Assembly: GCA_963844245.1 (NCBI GenBank)
Contig: CAWJNJ010000006.1
Coordinates: 392,142 to 456,141 of the forward strand
DNA from: an uncultured Acidobacteriota bacterium
GTDB lineage: Bacteria > Acidobacteriota > Vicinamibacteria > Vicinamibacterales > 2-12-FULL-66-21
Direction: 5' to 3'
Length of the DNA: 64,000 bases
Part shown: piece after piece, positions 9,750 through 19,304 of the stretch
Position numbering within the stretch: the first letter of the stretch is position 1
How the letters are laid out: each line of letters starts with the position of its first letter
Made by a program: the position numbers and the translations under genes
The notes under the pieces: model-generated
Told to the model about the DNA's origin: nothing
The model's input: only the letters and a program-made list of their open reading frames with translations
The model's database searches: none

Positions 9750-10342
9750 CGCGCGGTATTCTCGTCGCGTTCGAAGGGCTCGACCAGAGCGGCAAGCAGA
9801 CCCAGGCAGAGGGCCTGCGGGACTTTGTCGTGGCTCAGGGCCGCGAGTGCCAGCTCCTCTCCTTCCCCGACTACGACACGGCGATTGGATCCGAGATCTC
9901 AAAGGCGCTCCATGGTGGACGCGACTACGCGGCCGACACCCTGCAGCTGCTGTACGTAGCCAACCGCTACGAGAAGCGGACGGCGATCGAGACGCTGCTC
10001 GCAGCCGGCACGACCATCGTCTGCGATCGATATGTCGCGTCGAGCATCGCGTATGGCGAGGCACAGGGGCTGGATGCCGGCTGGCTGACCGACGTCCAAC
10101 GGTTCCTGCCAGCGCCCGATCTCACCATCGTGCTGGATATCGCGCCCGAGACGGCCGTCCAACGGAAGTCCACGAACCGCGATCGCTACGAGCGGGACCT
10201 CGCCCTGCTGTCACGCGTGCGTCAGAGCTATCTCCGGCAGGGTACGCAAGAAGGCTGGCGCGTCCTCGATGGAGAGCGGCCAAAGGCCGACGTCTCGCGG
10301 GACGTAATCACGGCAGTCGCGCCGCTGCTCGCGCGGCCGTAA
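9746..10342 (+). CDS. tmk: Thymidylate kinase
   Basis: MTRGILVAFEGLDQSGKQTQ P-loop and CDRYVASS (DRY) motif. The ATG at 9746 overlaps the lysA stop (ATGA). The ORF-track frame opens earlier at 9512, but that part is antisense-like low complexity. Confidence 0.9.
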   Translation: MTRGILVAFEGLDQSGKQTQAEGLRDFVVAQGRECQLLSFPDYDTAIGSEISKALHGGRDYAADTLQLLYVANRYEKRTAIETLLAAGTTIVCDRYVASSIAYGEAQGLDAGWLTDVQRFLPAPDLTIVLDIAPETAVQRKSTNRDRYERDLALLSRVRQSYLRQGTQEGWRVLDGERPKADVSRDVITAVAPLLARP

Positions 10343-11030
10343 GCGCCCGTACCTCCCGCGCCCCCGCGGCGAGCAGCACCCGGGCGCAGGCGTCCACCGT
10401 CGCACCGGTGGTGCTGACGTCATCCACGACGACGACGATCGCGCCAGCAGGGATGTGCCGCCGCAACCGGAAGGCGTCCTTCAGGTTGGCGTGGCGTTGC
10501 CCTTCTGGCAGGTCGGTCTGGGTCGTCGTCGCCCGTCGGCGCCGAAGTGCGTGCACAACCGGAAGCCCGATATGCGCCGCCAGTTCCGCCGCCTGGTTGA
10601 AGCCGCGGTTGTAGTGCCGCCACAGGTGCAGTGGTACAGGGACGGCGAAATCCGCGCCGTCCAGCACCTGCGCGCCCGCCTGGATCATCAGCGCGCCAAG
10701 CGGCCTCGCCACTGACCGGCGCCCCTCATACTTCAGGGCGTGGACGATGTCTCGCAGGGCGGCTTCGTAAGGACCGACTGACCGTCCGCACGCGATGACC
10801 CGATGACCGCGCCGGCATCGGGAGCATCGTCTGTCACCCTCAGGGCCCTGTCTCCACGAGGGGAGCGTGTCTCCGCAGGTCTCGCAGAGTGGATCGCGCG
10901 CGGCAGGGATGGAGGCCCAGCACTCGGGGCACACCGCCCCGCGCGTGGGTCGCTCGAGAGGGATCCGGCAGCACGCGCAGCATGGCGCGAGCAGGGCAGC
11001 GAGCAGCGCGTCGCTCACCGCCCGGATCAT
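10308..11030 (-). CDS. ComF-family phosphoribosyltransferase-domain protein
   Basis: N-terminal Cys clusters (CCACC, CPEC, CETCG, CSRC) plus the PRTase loop VVVVDDVSTTGATV. It converges on tmk and overlaps its 3' end. Confidence 0.8.
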   Translation of the reverse strand: MIRAVSDALLAALLAPCCACCRIPLERPTRGAVCPECWASIPAARDPLCETCGDTLPSWRQGPEGDRRCSRCRRGHRVIACGRSVGPYEAALRDIVHALKYEGRRSVARPLGALMIQAGAQVLDGADFAVPVPLHLWRHYNRGFNQAAELAAHIGLPVVHALRRRRATTTQTDLPEGQRHANLKDAFRLRRHIPAGAIVVVVDDVSTTGATVDACARVLLAAGAREVRALTAARAAARLP

Positions 11031-11067
11031 CCGGCTGCCTTTCCGGCCTCAGGCGACCGGGCTCCGA

Positions 11068-11568
11068 TCAGGCTTTGGCTGGCGGCTCGTCGGTGACTTC
11101 GATCTTCTCGGCATCGCCCCACAGGCGTTCGAGCGCGTAGAACGCCCGCGTCTGCGGCGTGAAGACATGGACGATGAAACTGAAATAGTCCATCAGGATC
11201 CACTCGGCGCGGTCGTACCCTTCGGTGTGCGCGGGCCGCATCTTGAGGGCGCGCAGCGTCTCGTCGATCGCATCGGCGATCGCCTTCACCTGCCGCGAGC
11301 TGAGACCTGAGCACAGGATGAAGAAGTCCGTGAATGCCGGTGTATTCCGAAGGTCGAGTACGACGACATCCTGCGCCTTCTTGTCGAGGGCGGCCTGCAC
11401 GGCGCGGGCGACATCGGCGGGCAGCTTCTTGCTGCGCCTGGTTCGTGGCGCCACAACCGCCGGCACCGCGCCTTCCGCGCCGGTCACGTCGGCCGGTGTC
11501 ACACGCTTGCGCGCGACGCCCGCCGCTTTAGTCTTCGTACCTGTTCGTTTCTGTTCAGTTTTGGCCAT
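11068..11568 (-). CDS. rsfS: Ribosome silencing factor RsfS with a basic N-terminal extension
   Basis: Core AQDVVVLDLRNTPAFTDFFILCSGLSSRQVKAIADAI..WILMDYFSFIVHVF. Start assigned to ATG 11568 (MAKTEQKRTG..). The longer track ORF (to 11727) runs through nadD. Confidence 0.85.
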   Translation of the reverse strand: MAKTEQKRTGTKTKAAGVARKRVTPADVTGAEGAVPAVVAPRTRRSKKLPADVARAVQAALDKKAQDVVVLDLRNTPAFTDFFILCSGLSSRQVKAIADAIDETLRALKMRPAHTEGYDRAEWILMDYFSFIVHVFTPQTRAFYALERLWGDAEKIEVTDEPPAKA

Positions 11569-12244
11569 GCAAGTGATCTGCCGCGGAATGAGTGAGCGGA
11601 CGCTGCCGGTAGAGTGCGTGCTGTGCGATGTGATGTTCCACCCCCGGCGGCACGAGCCCCGAGAGGGACCGCCGCTCCGCGATGCGGCGGCGAATGTCGG
11701 TCGATGACACGTCCGGCGTCGGCGCATCGACCAGGTAAATCGACGTCCCCGGCGCGGTCGTAACGCGCGGGAGCCGCATCCGATCCTTCAACATCGGGAG
11801 GCGCTCTCGCAGCGACTGCAACGACATGCCCGGACGCGACACCACGACGAAGTTCGCCAGGTCCAGGACGGCAGGATAGCGGTTCCACGTTTCAATTTCT
11901 GCAAACGCATCCGCGCCGGTGATGAAGAAAATCTGCGACGCCGCCAGCGAGAGCGACTCGCGCAAGCGCAGAAGTGTGTCGGCCGTAAAGGACGGACCTG
12001 CCGACATCAACTCGATGTCGGACGCCGCCAGTCCATCGACCCCGTTCACCGCGATCGCAGCCATCGCGAAGCGATGAAAGGCGGATGACGCCGGTTGCAT
12101 GCGGTGAGGGGGAACGTGTGACGGGATCACCAGGACCTGGTCCAGCTGCAGGGCTTCACGCGCGGCCAGCGCCGCGTCGATGTGGCCCAGGTGGATGGGA
12201 TCCAGGGTGCCGCCCAGGACGCCGATGCGAGCGCCCTCCTTCAT
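11555..12244 (-). CDS. nadD: Nicotinate-nucleotide adenylyltransferase
   Basis: GVLGGTLDPIHLGHI (HxGH) motif. Start assigned to ATG 12244 (MKEGARIGVLGG), 20 nt after the obgE stop. It overlaps the rsfS start by 14 nt. Confidence 0.9.
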   Translation of the reverse strand: MKEGARIGVLGGTLDPIHLGHIDAALAAREALQLDQVLVIPSHVPPHRMQPASSAFHRFAMAAIAVNGVDGLAASDIELMSAGPSFTADTLLRLRESLSLAASQIFFITGADAFAEIETWNRYPAVLDLANFVVVSRPGMSLQSLRERLPMLKDRMRLPRVTTAPGTSIYLVDAPTPDVSSTDIRRRIAERRSLSGLVPPGVEHHIAQHALYRQRPLTHSAADHLHGQN

Positions 12245-12263
12245 GCCCGGTCCGGTTCCATCG

Positions 12264-13361
12264 TCAATCGATGACAGGATCGTGCACCGATTCGGCGTCT
12301 GCGCCCGCGGCCGCCGCGGCCGCGTCACGCGCGCGCCCTTCCGCGACTTCGCGCCAGACGGCCTCGAGCATCTCGGGCAGGCCGTCGCCGCTGGCGGCAG
12401 ACACAGCGTGGACGGGGATTCCGCGTTCCTGCAGATGAGCGCGCAGGCGTTCCAGCCGGTCGGGGTCGTCGAGCGCGTCGATCTTGTTGGCGGCGACGAT
12501 CACGGCCTTGTCGGCGAGGCGTTCGCCCGAGGCATCCCGTCCGGGAAAGAGCGCGAGCTCGCGAGTGATGACCTCGTAGTCGTCCAGGGGATCACGCCCG
12601 CTCGACGAGGAGACGTCCACGATATGCACGAGAACCTTGGTTCGTTCGAGATGGCTGAGGAATCGCGTTCCCAGGCCATGACCCGTGTGGGCGCCCTCGA
12701 TCAGACCGGGCACATCGGCGACGACGAACGAACGATCACCCGAGAGGCCGACGACGCCGAGGTTGGGCACCAGGGTGGTAAACGGATAGTCGGCGATCTT
12801 CGGACGTGCCGCGGAGATGCGCGAGATCATCGTCGACTTGCCGGCGTTCGGATAGCCGACGAGACCGACGTCTGCCAGGAGCTTCAGGTGCAGGCGGAGG
12901 TCCTTCTCCTCACCGGGAAGGCCAGGCTGGAACTTGCGCGGCGCCCGGTTCGTGGAGGTCGCGTAAGTAGCGTTGCCGTGCCCGCCGAGGCCGCCCTTCG
13001 CGATCAATACTCGCTGGCCCTCGACCGTGAGATCCACAACCTCGAGGACGGTGCCGTCCTCTTGCTTCTCGTAGACGACCGTGCCGATCGGCACGCCAAG
13101 ATCGACGTTGGTGCCGTTCTTTCCACGGCGATTGGAGCCTTCGCCATGCGCGCCGCGACCGGCTTCGAAAATCTTCTGGAAGCGGAAATTCAGGAGGGTG
13201 TTGAGATTGGCCTGGGCGACCAGGTAGATCGAACCGCCCGGACCGCCGTCACCGCCGTCAGGACCACCGCGCGGGATGAACTTCTCGCGGCGGAAGCTGA
13301 GAGCGCCGCGGCCGCCGTGACCGGCGACCACGTGGATCTCTACTTCATCAACAAACGACAT
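12264..13361 (-). CDS. obgE: GTPase ObgE/CgtA
   Basis: Obg-fold Gly-rich N-terminus (GGDGGPGGS), G1 GYPNAGKST, G3 DVPGLIEGA and G4 NKID. Confidence 0.95.
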   Translation of the reverse strand: MSFVDEVEIHVVAGHGGRGALSFRREKFIPRGGPDGGDGGPGGSIYLVAQANLNTLLNFRFQKIFEAGRGAHGEGSNRRGKNGTNVDLGVPIGTVVYEKQEDGTVLEVVDLTVEGQRVLIAKGGLGGHGNATYATSTNRAPRKFQPGLPGEEKDLRLHLKLLADVGLVGYPNAGKSTMISRISAARPKIADYPFTTLVPNLGVVGLSGDRSFVVADVPGLIEGAHTGHGLGTRFLSHLERTKVLVHIVDVSSSSGRDPLDDYEVITRELALFPGRDASGERLADKAVIVAANKIDALDDPDRLERLRAHLQERGIPVHAVSAASGDGLPEMLEAVWREVAEGRARDAAAAAAGADAESVHDPVID

Positions 13362-13383
13362 CGGACTCCATAGCGTGCAGCTT

Positions 13384-13410
13384 GTAAGCCCGACCTCGCG
13401 GTCGGCTTAC
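13384..13410. repeat. Palindromic stem-loop related to the GTAGGCCCGACCT element family
   Basis: GTAAGCCCGACC-tcgc-GGTCGGCTTAC overlaps the rpmA stop codon (13407-13409) in the rpmA-obgE spacer. It shares the core GCCCGACCT..GGTCGG with the copies at 39053-39077 and 61147-61171. Confidence 0.5.
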
Positions 13411-13673
13411 TCGGCGGCTTCGGCCGGGACGATGCTGATCGTGCGGCCGTGGGCGCCGTGATCCGCGAACTTCACCACGCCGGTGACCTTTGCAAACAGC
13501 GTGTCGTCTTTGCCGAGACCGACGTTCAAACCGGGACGGAACTTCCGGCCGCGCTGGCGAACGAGGATCGAACCGCCGGTGACGAGATTGCCGTCGTGGC
13601 GCTTGACCCCCAGGCGCTGCGAGTTGGAATCGCGCCCGTTACGTGAACTACCCTGACCTTTTTTTGTAGCCAT
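13407..13673 (-). CDS. rpmA: 50S ribosomal protein L27
   Basis: 88-aa [28 protein letters not shown].., a typical L27 N-terminus. Confidence 0.97.
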   Translation of the reverse strand: MATKKGQGSSRNGRDSNSQRLGVKRHDGNLVTGGSILVRQRGRKFRPGLNVGLGKDDTLFAKVTGVVKFADHGAHGRTISIVPAEAAE

Positions 13674-13712
13674 GATGTATTTCCAGGCCCGGCGCGGCGG
13701 CCAGGCTTACGA

Positions 13713-14027
13713 CTAGATTTCGATGCCCGTGATGCGGACGCGGGTGTAGGTCGCGCGGTGACCCTGCGTCTTGCGGAAACCCTTGCGGCGGCGCTTCTTG
13801 AAGATGCGGATCTTGGGTCCACGCTCTTCGCCGTCCACGACACCAAGGACCCGTGCGCCCGCCACGTGGGGAGCGCCGGCGAGCATCTCGCCGCCGTCCT
13901 TCTCGAGGAAAAGAACGCGGTCGATAGCGACCTGTGTGCCCGGTTCCGCCTCGATGCGATCGACCGTGACGGTCGTGCCCGGCGTGACCTTGACCTGTCG
14001 GCCACCGCTCTGAATGATTGCGAACAC
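13713..14027 (-). CDS. rplU: 50S ribosomal protein L21
   Basis: FAIIQSGGRQVKV.. is the L21 signature. Start assigned to GTG 14027, preceded by GGAGG (14036-14040) at 8 nt. The track ORF extends to 14051. Confidence 0.93.
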   Translation of the reverse strand: MFAIIQSGGRQVKVTPGTTVTVDRIEAEPGTQVAIDRVLFLEKDGGEMLAGAPHVAGARVLGVVDGEERGPKIRIFKKRRRKGFRKTQGHRATYTRVRITGIEI

Positions 14028-14142
14028 GTTCGAACCCTCCAACCTCCGCAACGCTACGGCCTTCAGGCCGCCAGCCCGTACAGGGAGGCCTTAATCGCTC
14101 TGTGCAAAGGTATTAGGGTAGCACGGCTGGCGCTGTGTAGGC

Positions 14143-14248
14143 AATGGCGGGGGATAAACCCCCGCCGCACATCGTCTGCTGCATGGACAGTCTGCGTCTG
14201 CGCGTCTGCTGCTTGGACAGTGTGCGGCGGGGGTTTACCCCCGCCATT
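14143..14248. repeat. 106-bp compound palindromic element (28/29-bp inverted arms around an 18-bp direct repeat)
   Basis: Left arm AATGGCGGGGGATAAACCCCCGCCGCACA (14143-14171) and right arm TGTGCGGCGGGGGTTTACCCCCGCCATT (14221-14248) are reverse complements apart from one indel. Each arm is itself a GGCGGGGG/CCCCCGCC hairpin. The core holds CGTCTGCTGCATGGACAG (14173-14190) and CGTCTGCTGCTTGGACAG (14203-14220). Confidence 0.85.
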
Positions 14249-14266
14249 ACTGAGTCGAGCGCAGCG

Positions 14267-15121
14267 CTATCTCAGCAGAATCCGGCTGCCGCGGATCTTC
14301 TGGGTGCTGAGCGCGCCCAGGAAATCAGGAATCAGCTGATCCATCAGCTCGAAGTAGGACGCCAGGGCTGGCGTGCTCTGCGAGAGCGGGTAGAGGACCT
14401 CGCGGCGCTGCGTCTCTGAGTAGAGCGTCGCGCCGGTGCGGCCGTCGATGAAGACGAACTTTGGTTCGAGGACGAAGCCCTTGCGCTCGCGATAGGTCCG
14501 GACCGGAACGACCACCCGGCGGCCGAGCTGGTCATACGTTTCGCGATTCTCGTTCTCGAAGCGCGCCGTCTGCTGCGGCGTGAACATGATCGTCCCGGTG
14601 ATGATCAGCGGGCTCTCGTATTCCTCACCGAGCTTCTTCCAGAAAGCCGCATCGGCAAAGATCCGCTCGTACTGCTCGAGATCCTTGCGGGTGCGGATGG
14701 CGTCGGCCTTCGATTTGTCCTCGACGCTCACGGCCCCCGGCGTCGCCGCCTGGGGCTTCCCAGTGGCGTTGGCAGCGGGCACACTGAGGTCCGCGACCGG
14801 TGCGATCGGGTCGGCCGGAGTGGGGCTGGTCTGGCCCTGCTTTCCAGCCAGCTGGATGAGCGGGAGCACTTCCGCCTCGATCACGCGCAGGTTGGTTTTG
14901 GTCCGCAGTTGACTGCGGAGAAGACGGACCGTCTCCATGTTGGCGTCGACGTCTTCAGTGCCGCCCGAGATGAACCCAGCGACCAGCACCCGGCGGAATG
15001 CACCGACGTCGAGCTTCGCCTGGATCGGCGTTTCGATCGGCACCTCGTAGAAGCTGGTGCACGCCGCCGTCAGGCCGAGCAGCGCGAGGCTAGCGATCGC
15101 GGCGACGTTTCGTGCGGTCAT
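14267..15121 (-). CDS. Hypothetical lipoprotein
   Basis: 284-aa ORF with signal peptide and lipobox (LALLGLTAAC). No family recognised. Confidence 0.6.
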   Translation of the reverse strand: MTARNVAAIASLALLGLTAACTSFYEVPIETPIQAKLDVGAFRRVLVAGFISGGTEDVDANMETVRLLRSQLRTKTNLRVIEAEVLPLIQLAGKQGQTSPTPADPIAPVADLSVPAANATGKPQAATPGAVSVEDKSKADAIRTRKDLEQYERIFADAAFWKKLGEEYESPLIITGTIMFTPQQTARFENENRETYDQLGRRVVVPVRTYRERKGFVLEPKFVFIDGRTGATLYSETQRREVLYPLSQSTPALASYFELMDQLIPDFLGALSTQKIRGSRILLR

Positions 15122-15443
15122 GGATTTCTTTGAAGAGATCGTAGTTCTGTCGGATGAGCGCGCTCTTCGAGTCCAGCTTCAGCGCCTGCTGATAGGCGGC
15201 CTCCGCATCGTCGAAGCGGCCCTGGTATTCATAGCCGATCGCGAGATTGTTCCAGGCTTCGGCGTAGGTCGGATCGAGCTGGGTGGCTTTCTCCCACCGG
15301 TAGGTGGCTTCCTTCCAGAGCTCGTTCTGCGCCGCCTTGATGCCGAACTCGACCTGGGCCTTGGCATCCTGGCGCGCGTCGGCAAATACCGGTGCAGCGA
15401 CTGTCAGCAGGGCGGCCGTCAGGACGAGCGTTCGCACAAGCAT
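15090..15443 (-). CDS. Secreted tetratricopeptide-repeat protein
   Basis: Start assigned to ATG 15443 (MLVRTLVLTAALLTVAAPVFA signal peptide). TPR consensus AEAWNNLAIGYEYQGRFDDAEAAYQQALKLD. The track ORF extends to 15536. Confidence 0.7.
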   Translation of the reverse strand: MLVRTLVLTAALLTVAAPVFADARQDAKAQVEFGIKAAQNELWKEATYRWEKATQLDPTYAEAWNNLAIGYEYQGRFDDAEAAYQQALKLDSKSALIRQNYDLFKEIHDRTKRRRDR

Positions 15444-15656
15444 GGGTAATGCGCTCACTATAGTCACCCGCCTACCGGGTCGCAACAAGTTTCCCCGTAA
15501 CCAAGAACGAGCCTGCCAGAGCAATGGACGTACCACGGAGGGGCGGAGAATTCACGCCTGTTTTCAGGAATTACCCTCGAAAACAGTGACTAATGTGTCC
15601 TGATTATCCAATCGCCGTTGCCGGGGCGACAACATACCGTTATATTTGGAAGCAGA

Positions 15657-15700
15657 GGCCGGGCCGCTAAGGTGCGCAAGCATCCGCGGCCGGCCTTTTT
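15657..15700 (+). terminator. Strong intrinsic-terminator-like hairpin with a GNRA loop and T5 tract, no upstream plus-strand gene
   Basis: GGCCGGGCCGC-taa-GGTGC-GCAA-GCATC-c-GCGGCCGGCC followed by TTTTT (15696-15700). It lies 35 nt upstream of the dprA ATG inside a visibly AT-richer 291-bp spacer. Confidence 0.55.
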
Positions 15701-15734
15701 GTGTCTGTCCGCGGCGGCGTGCGCGAGGTGTCCA

Positions 15735-16832
15735 ATGGACCTGCTCACCGCCGTTGCCGTGTCGATGCTGCCCGTGTCTCGCCTGAGAGCGGCGGCTGTT
15801 TTCAGGGAGCTGCGCCTCTCCGGAACACTACGCTCGATCGAACAGGTACTGGATCGCTGCGGCCTTTCCTCAGCCTCCGCGGAGGGCAAAGAAGCGATGC
15901 AGCGCTCGCTTGCGTCAGCCACCGTCGCACTGGCGGCCGCGGCCGACCACGGCATCCACGCCATTTCATGCGACGACCCGCGTTATCCGGGCCTGCTCGC
16001 CTGCACTGAGGATCCGCCGCCGGTCCTGTGGGCGAAGGGTGCGATCGACACCCTGGATGCGCCCTGCGTGGCGATCATCGGCTCGCGGGCCGCCTCTCCC
16101 TATGCGCTCCAGATCGGTAACCGTCTTGCCGCTGAGCTGGCAGAACGAGGTATTGTGGTGGTCAGCGGCCTCGCCCGCGGCGTGGATTCAGCGGGCCACG
16201 TCGGCTGCCTGGACGCCGGCGGCACGACCGTCGCGGTCACCGGCTGCGGCCTCGACACGGTCTATCCCCGAGAAAACGAGAAGCTGGCCGCACGGATAGC
16301 TGCTAAGGGATTGCTGTTGAGCGAGTTAGCGCCAGGTGCGCCGCCGTTGTCAGAGCACTTTCCGTTGCGGAATCGGATCATCAGCGGGATCTCGCTGGCG
16401 GTCGTCGTAGTCGAAGCTTCTGAGAAGAGCGGGTCATTGATTACAGCCGGCTGCGCCCTTCGACAAGGCCGGGACGTGATGGCGGTTCCTGGCAGCGTCC
16501 TCAGTGGCCGGAACCGCGGCTCCCACGCCCTTTTGAAGGTCGGAGCAAAGGTCGTGGAGACTGCGGACGATATCTTGGAGGATATGGGATGGAATGCCTC
16601 TGCCTCCACGTCCCGGGCCGGGCTCAGAGCCCCGTCCTGGACTTTGCACGCTGATCCTTTACTTTCGAAGATGGACGCCGGCGAGGTCTACCGCCTCGAC
16701 GACCTGGTCGCAGCGACGGGCACGACCGCGTCCAAACTTCTGCCCCGGCTCATGGAGCTGGAGCTGCTCGGGTACATCGAGGCGCCAGGCGGCGGACGAT
16801 TCGTCCGGCCGCCGGGCCTCAAAACCGGCTGA
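15735..16832 (+). CDS. dprA: DNA-processing protein DprA
   Basis: Core GSRAASPYA..VVSGLARGVDSAGH..GSLITAG. Start assigned to ATG 15735. The track ORF opens at TTG 15618 inside the terminator-like spacer. Confidence 0.9.
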   Translation: MDLLTAVAVSMLPVSRLRAAAVFRELRLSGTLRSIEQVLDRCGLSSASAEGKEAMQRSLASATVALAAAADHGIHAISCDDPRYPGLLACTEDPPPVLWAKGAIDTLDAPCVAIIGSRAASPYALQIGNRLAAELAERGIVVVSGLARGVDSAGHVGCLDAGGTTVAVTGCGLDTVYPRENEKLAARIAAKGLLLSELAPGAPPLSEHFPLRNRIISGISLAVVVVEASEKSGSLITAGCALRQGRDVMAVPGSVLSGRNRGSHALLKVGAKVVETADDILEDMGWNASASTSRAGLRAPSWTLHADPLLSKMDAGEVYRLDDLVAATGTTASKLLPRLMELELLGYIEAPGGGRFVRPPGLKTG

Positions 16833-16863
16833 GAGCCGGTTCTGGTAACGTAGGTCCACAGTT

Positions 16864-19291
16864 ATGGCAAAGGCACTCGTCGTGGTCGAATCGCCCGCAA
16901 AGGCGAAAACGATCAACAAATATCTCGGTAAGAACTACAAGGTCATCGCCTCGATGGGCCATGTCCGTGACCTGCCCAAGAGCAAGCTCGGCGTGGATGT
17001 GGACGAGGGGTTCGAGCCGTCCTACGAGATCATCGCGAGCCGCAAGAAGGTCCTCAAGGAACTGAAGGACGGAGCCAAGGGCGCCGACGAAATCTTCATC
17101 GCAACCGACCCTGACCGGGAAGGGGAGGCGATCGGCTGGCACCTCGCGGAGGAACTCGGTAGCGGTAACAAGAAAAAGATCCGCCGCCTGATGTTCAACG
17201 AGATCACGAAGAAGGGTGTGCTGGCCGCACTCGAACATCCGACGACCATCAACAAGCAGATGGTGGACGCGCAGCAGGCGCGTCGCGTGCTCGACCGGCT
17301 GGTCGGCTACAAGATCAGCCCGCTGCTCTGGGACAAAGTGCGACGCGGGCTCAGTGCCGGACGCGTGCAGTCAGTCGCCCTCAAGCTGGTCTGCGACCGC
17401 GAGCGCGAGATCGAGGCCTTCACCGCCGAGGAATACTGGAACATCACCGCGCGGCTCGGCGGCAAGGTGCCGCCGGAGTTCGATGCCAAGCTCCTCAAAC
17501 GTGACGGGGCCAACATCAAGGTCGGCAACCAGGAAGAAGCCGACAAGGTGCTGGCGGATCTCAAAGCCGCCGAGTGGCTCGTCAGCTCCGTCTCGACCAA
17601 GGAGCGCAAGAAGAACGCTGTTCCGCCTTACATCACGTCCAAACTGCAGCAGGCATCACGCTTCCCGGTGAAGAAGACGATGATGATTGCGCAGCAGCTG
17701 TACGAGGGCATCGAGCTTCCCGGTGAGGGCGCTGTCGGTCTCATCACCTACATGCGTACCGATTCGACGCGCGTGTCGGAAGACGCGATCACGGAGGTGC
17801 GGGCGCATATCGCCGAGAAGTTCGGTCCGGACTTCGTGCCCGAGAAGCCCAATGCCTATAAAACCAAGAAGGACGCGCAGGACGCGCACGAAGCGATCCG
17901 GCCGACCTCGCTGCAGTACGACCCCGAGTCCGTTCGTGCGCTGCTGACGCCGGACCAGTACTACCTCTATCGCCTGATCTGGAACCGGTTCGTGGCATCG
18001 CAGATGCCGCCGGCGATTTTCGACGACACGACGGTCGACATCTCCGCGGCCGTGTATTTGTTCCGCGTGAAGGGTTCGGTTCCGAAGTTCGCAGGATGGC
18101 TTGCCGTCTATGAGCGCGACATCCCGGAAGTCCGGACCGAAGGCGCCGGCCCCGATGCTGTCAGCGCCGAGGATGAAGACGGCTCGGGAGTCCTGCCGCC
18201 TCTGGCTGAGGGCGACCGTCTGAATCTGAAGGAACTGAAGCCCGAACAGAAATTCACGCAGCCACCGCCGCGCTACAGCGAAGCGACGCTGGTCAAGGCG
18301 ATGGAAGAGAACGGCATCGGCCGTCCGAGCACGTACGCCTCGATCATCGGCGTGATCCAGGCCCGTGACTACGTCAACAAGATCGAGGGGCGCTTCAAGC
18401 CGACCGTCCTAGGGCGCATGCTCGTGGACCGGCTGCTTGAGCCCGGCATTCGACGACATCCTCGACCTCAATTACACGCGTGAGCTCGAAGAGGACCTCG
18501 ACAAGATTGAAGACGGCGACTCGACTTACAAGGCCACCCTCGCGAGCTTCTACAAGAAGTTCCTGAAGGACCTCGACAAGGCCAAGAAGTTGATGCCCAA
18601 CTTCAAGGAAGGTGTGCCGCCGGACCCGGCCGTCGAGTGCGACAAGTGCGGCAAGGCCATGGTCATGAAGGCCGGCAAGTTCGGTCTGTTCCTCGCCTGC
18701 AGCGGCTATCCGGACTGCGAGAACACGCGCGAGCTCGAGACGGTCGAAGTCGGGGCCGACGGCGAAGCGATCGAAGAGGCGTGTGAGAACTGCGGCAAGC
18801 CAATGGCAGTCAAGCGCGGCCGCTTCGGTCAGTTCCTCGCGTGCACCGGTTATCCGGAGTGCAAGACCACGAGAAAGATCATCGCCACCAAGCAGGGCAT
18901 GGCGGCGGCAAAGCCTGACCAGATCCTCGACGAGAAGTGCCCGAAGTGCGAGTCCAACCTCGTCATCAAACAGGGCCGCTTCGGTGAGTTCACCGCGTGC
19001 ACGAACTACCCCAACTGCAAGTACGTGAAGCAGAAGTCCACCGGCGTGCTGTGCCCCAAGGACGGCGGCGACGTCGTCGAACGCAAGTCGAAGCGTGGGA
19101 AGGTGTTCTTCGGGTGCGCGAACTATCCCGATTGTGACTTCACGCTCTGGAACATGCCGATTGCCGAGACCTGCCCGGAGTGCAAGGCGCCGTTCCTCGT
19201 CGAGAAGATCACCAAGAAGCACGGTCGCCAGTTGGTCTGCAACAACGAGGAGTGTTCTTACGTGCGGTCCGAAGAACTGGCGACCGCCTGA
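16864..19291 (+). pseudogene. topA: DNA topoisomerase I, reading frame broken by one extra base (likely assembly indel)
   Basis: Toprim N-terminus (ALVVVESPAKAKTINKYLG, DPDREGEAI), active-site region LITYMRTDSTRVS and four C-terminal CxxC..CxxC zinc ribbons. The 16864 frame runs to 18483 and the continuation is in the 18437 frame. Deleting one T of TT 18437-18438 restores ..LVDRLLSPAFDDILDLNYTRELEEDLDKIEDG. Confidence 0.9.
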
Positions 19292-19304
19292 CGTTCGTTA
19301 ACTT

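Noticed and set aside
15646-15662. GGAAGCAG in the dprA upstream spacer as a hint of SRP (4.5S) RNA.
   Set aside because: The surrounding conserved SRP domain IV sequence (..GGUCCGGAAGGAAGCAGCC..) and the symmetric loop context are absent. The match is too short to be meaningful.
18430-18445. Programmed ribosomal frameshifting as an explanation for the topA break and the other breaks.
   Set aside because: No slippery heptamer or stimulatory structure is evident at the junctions. Ten events, all one-base insertions in unrelated genes, fit a technical insertion bias much better.
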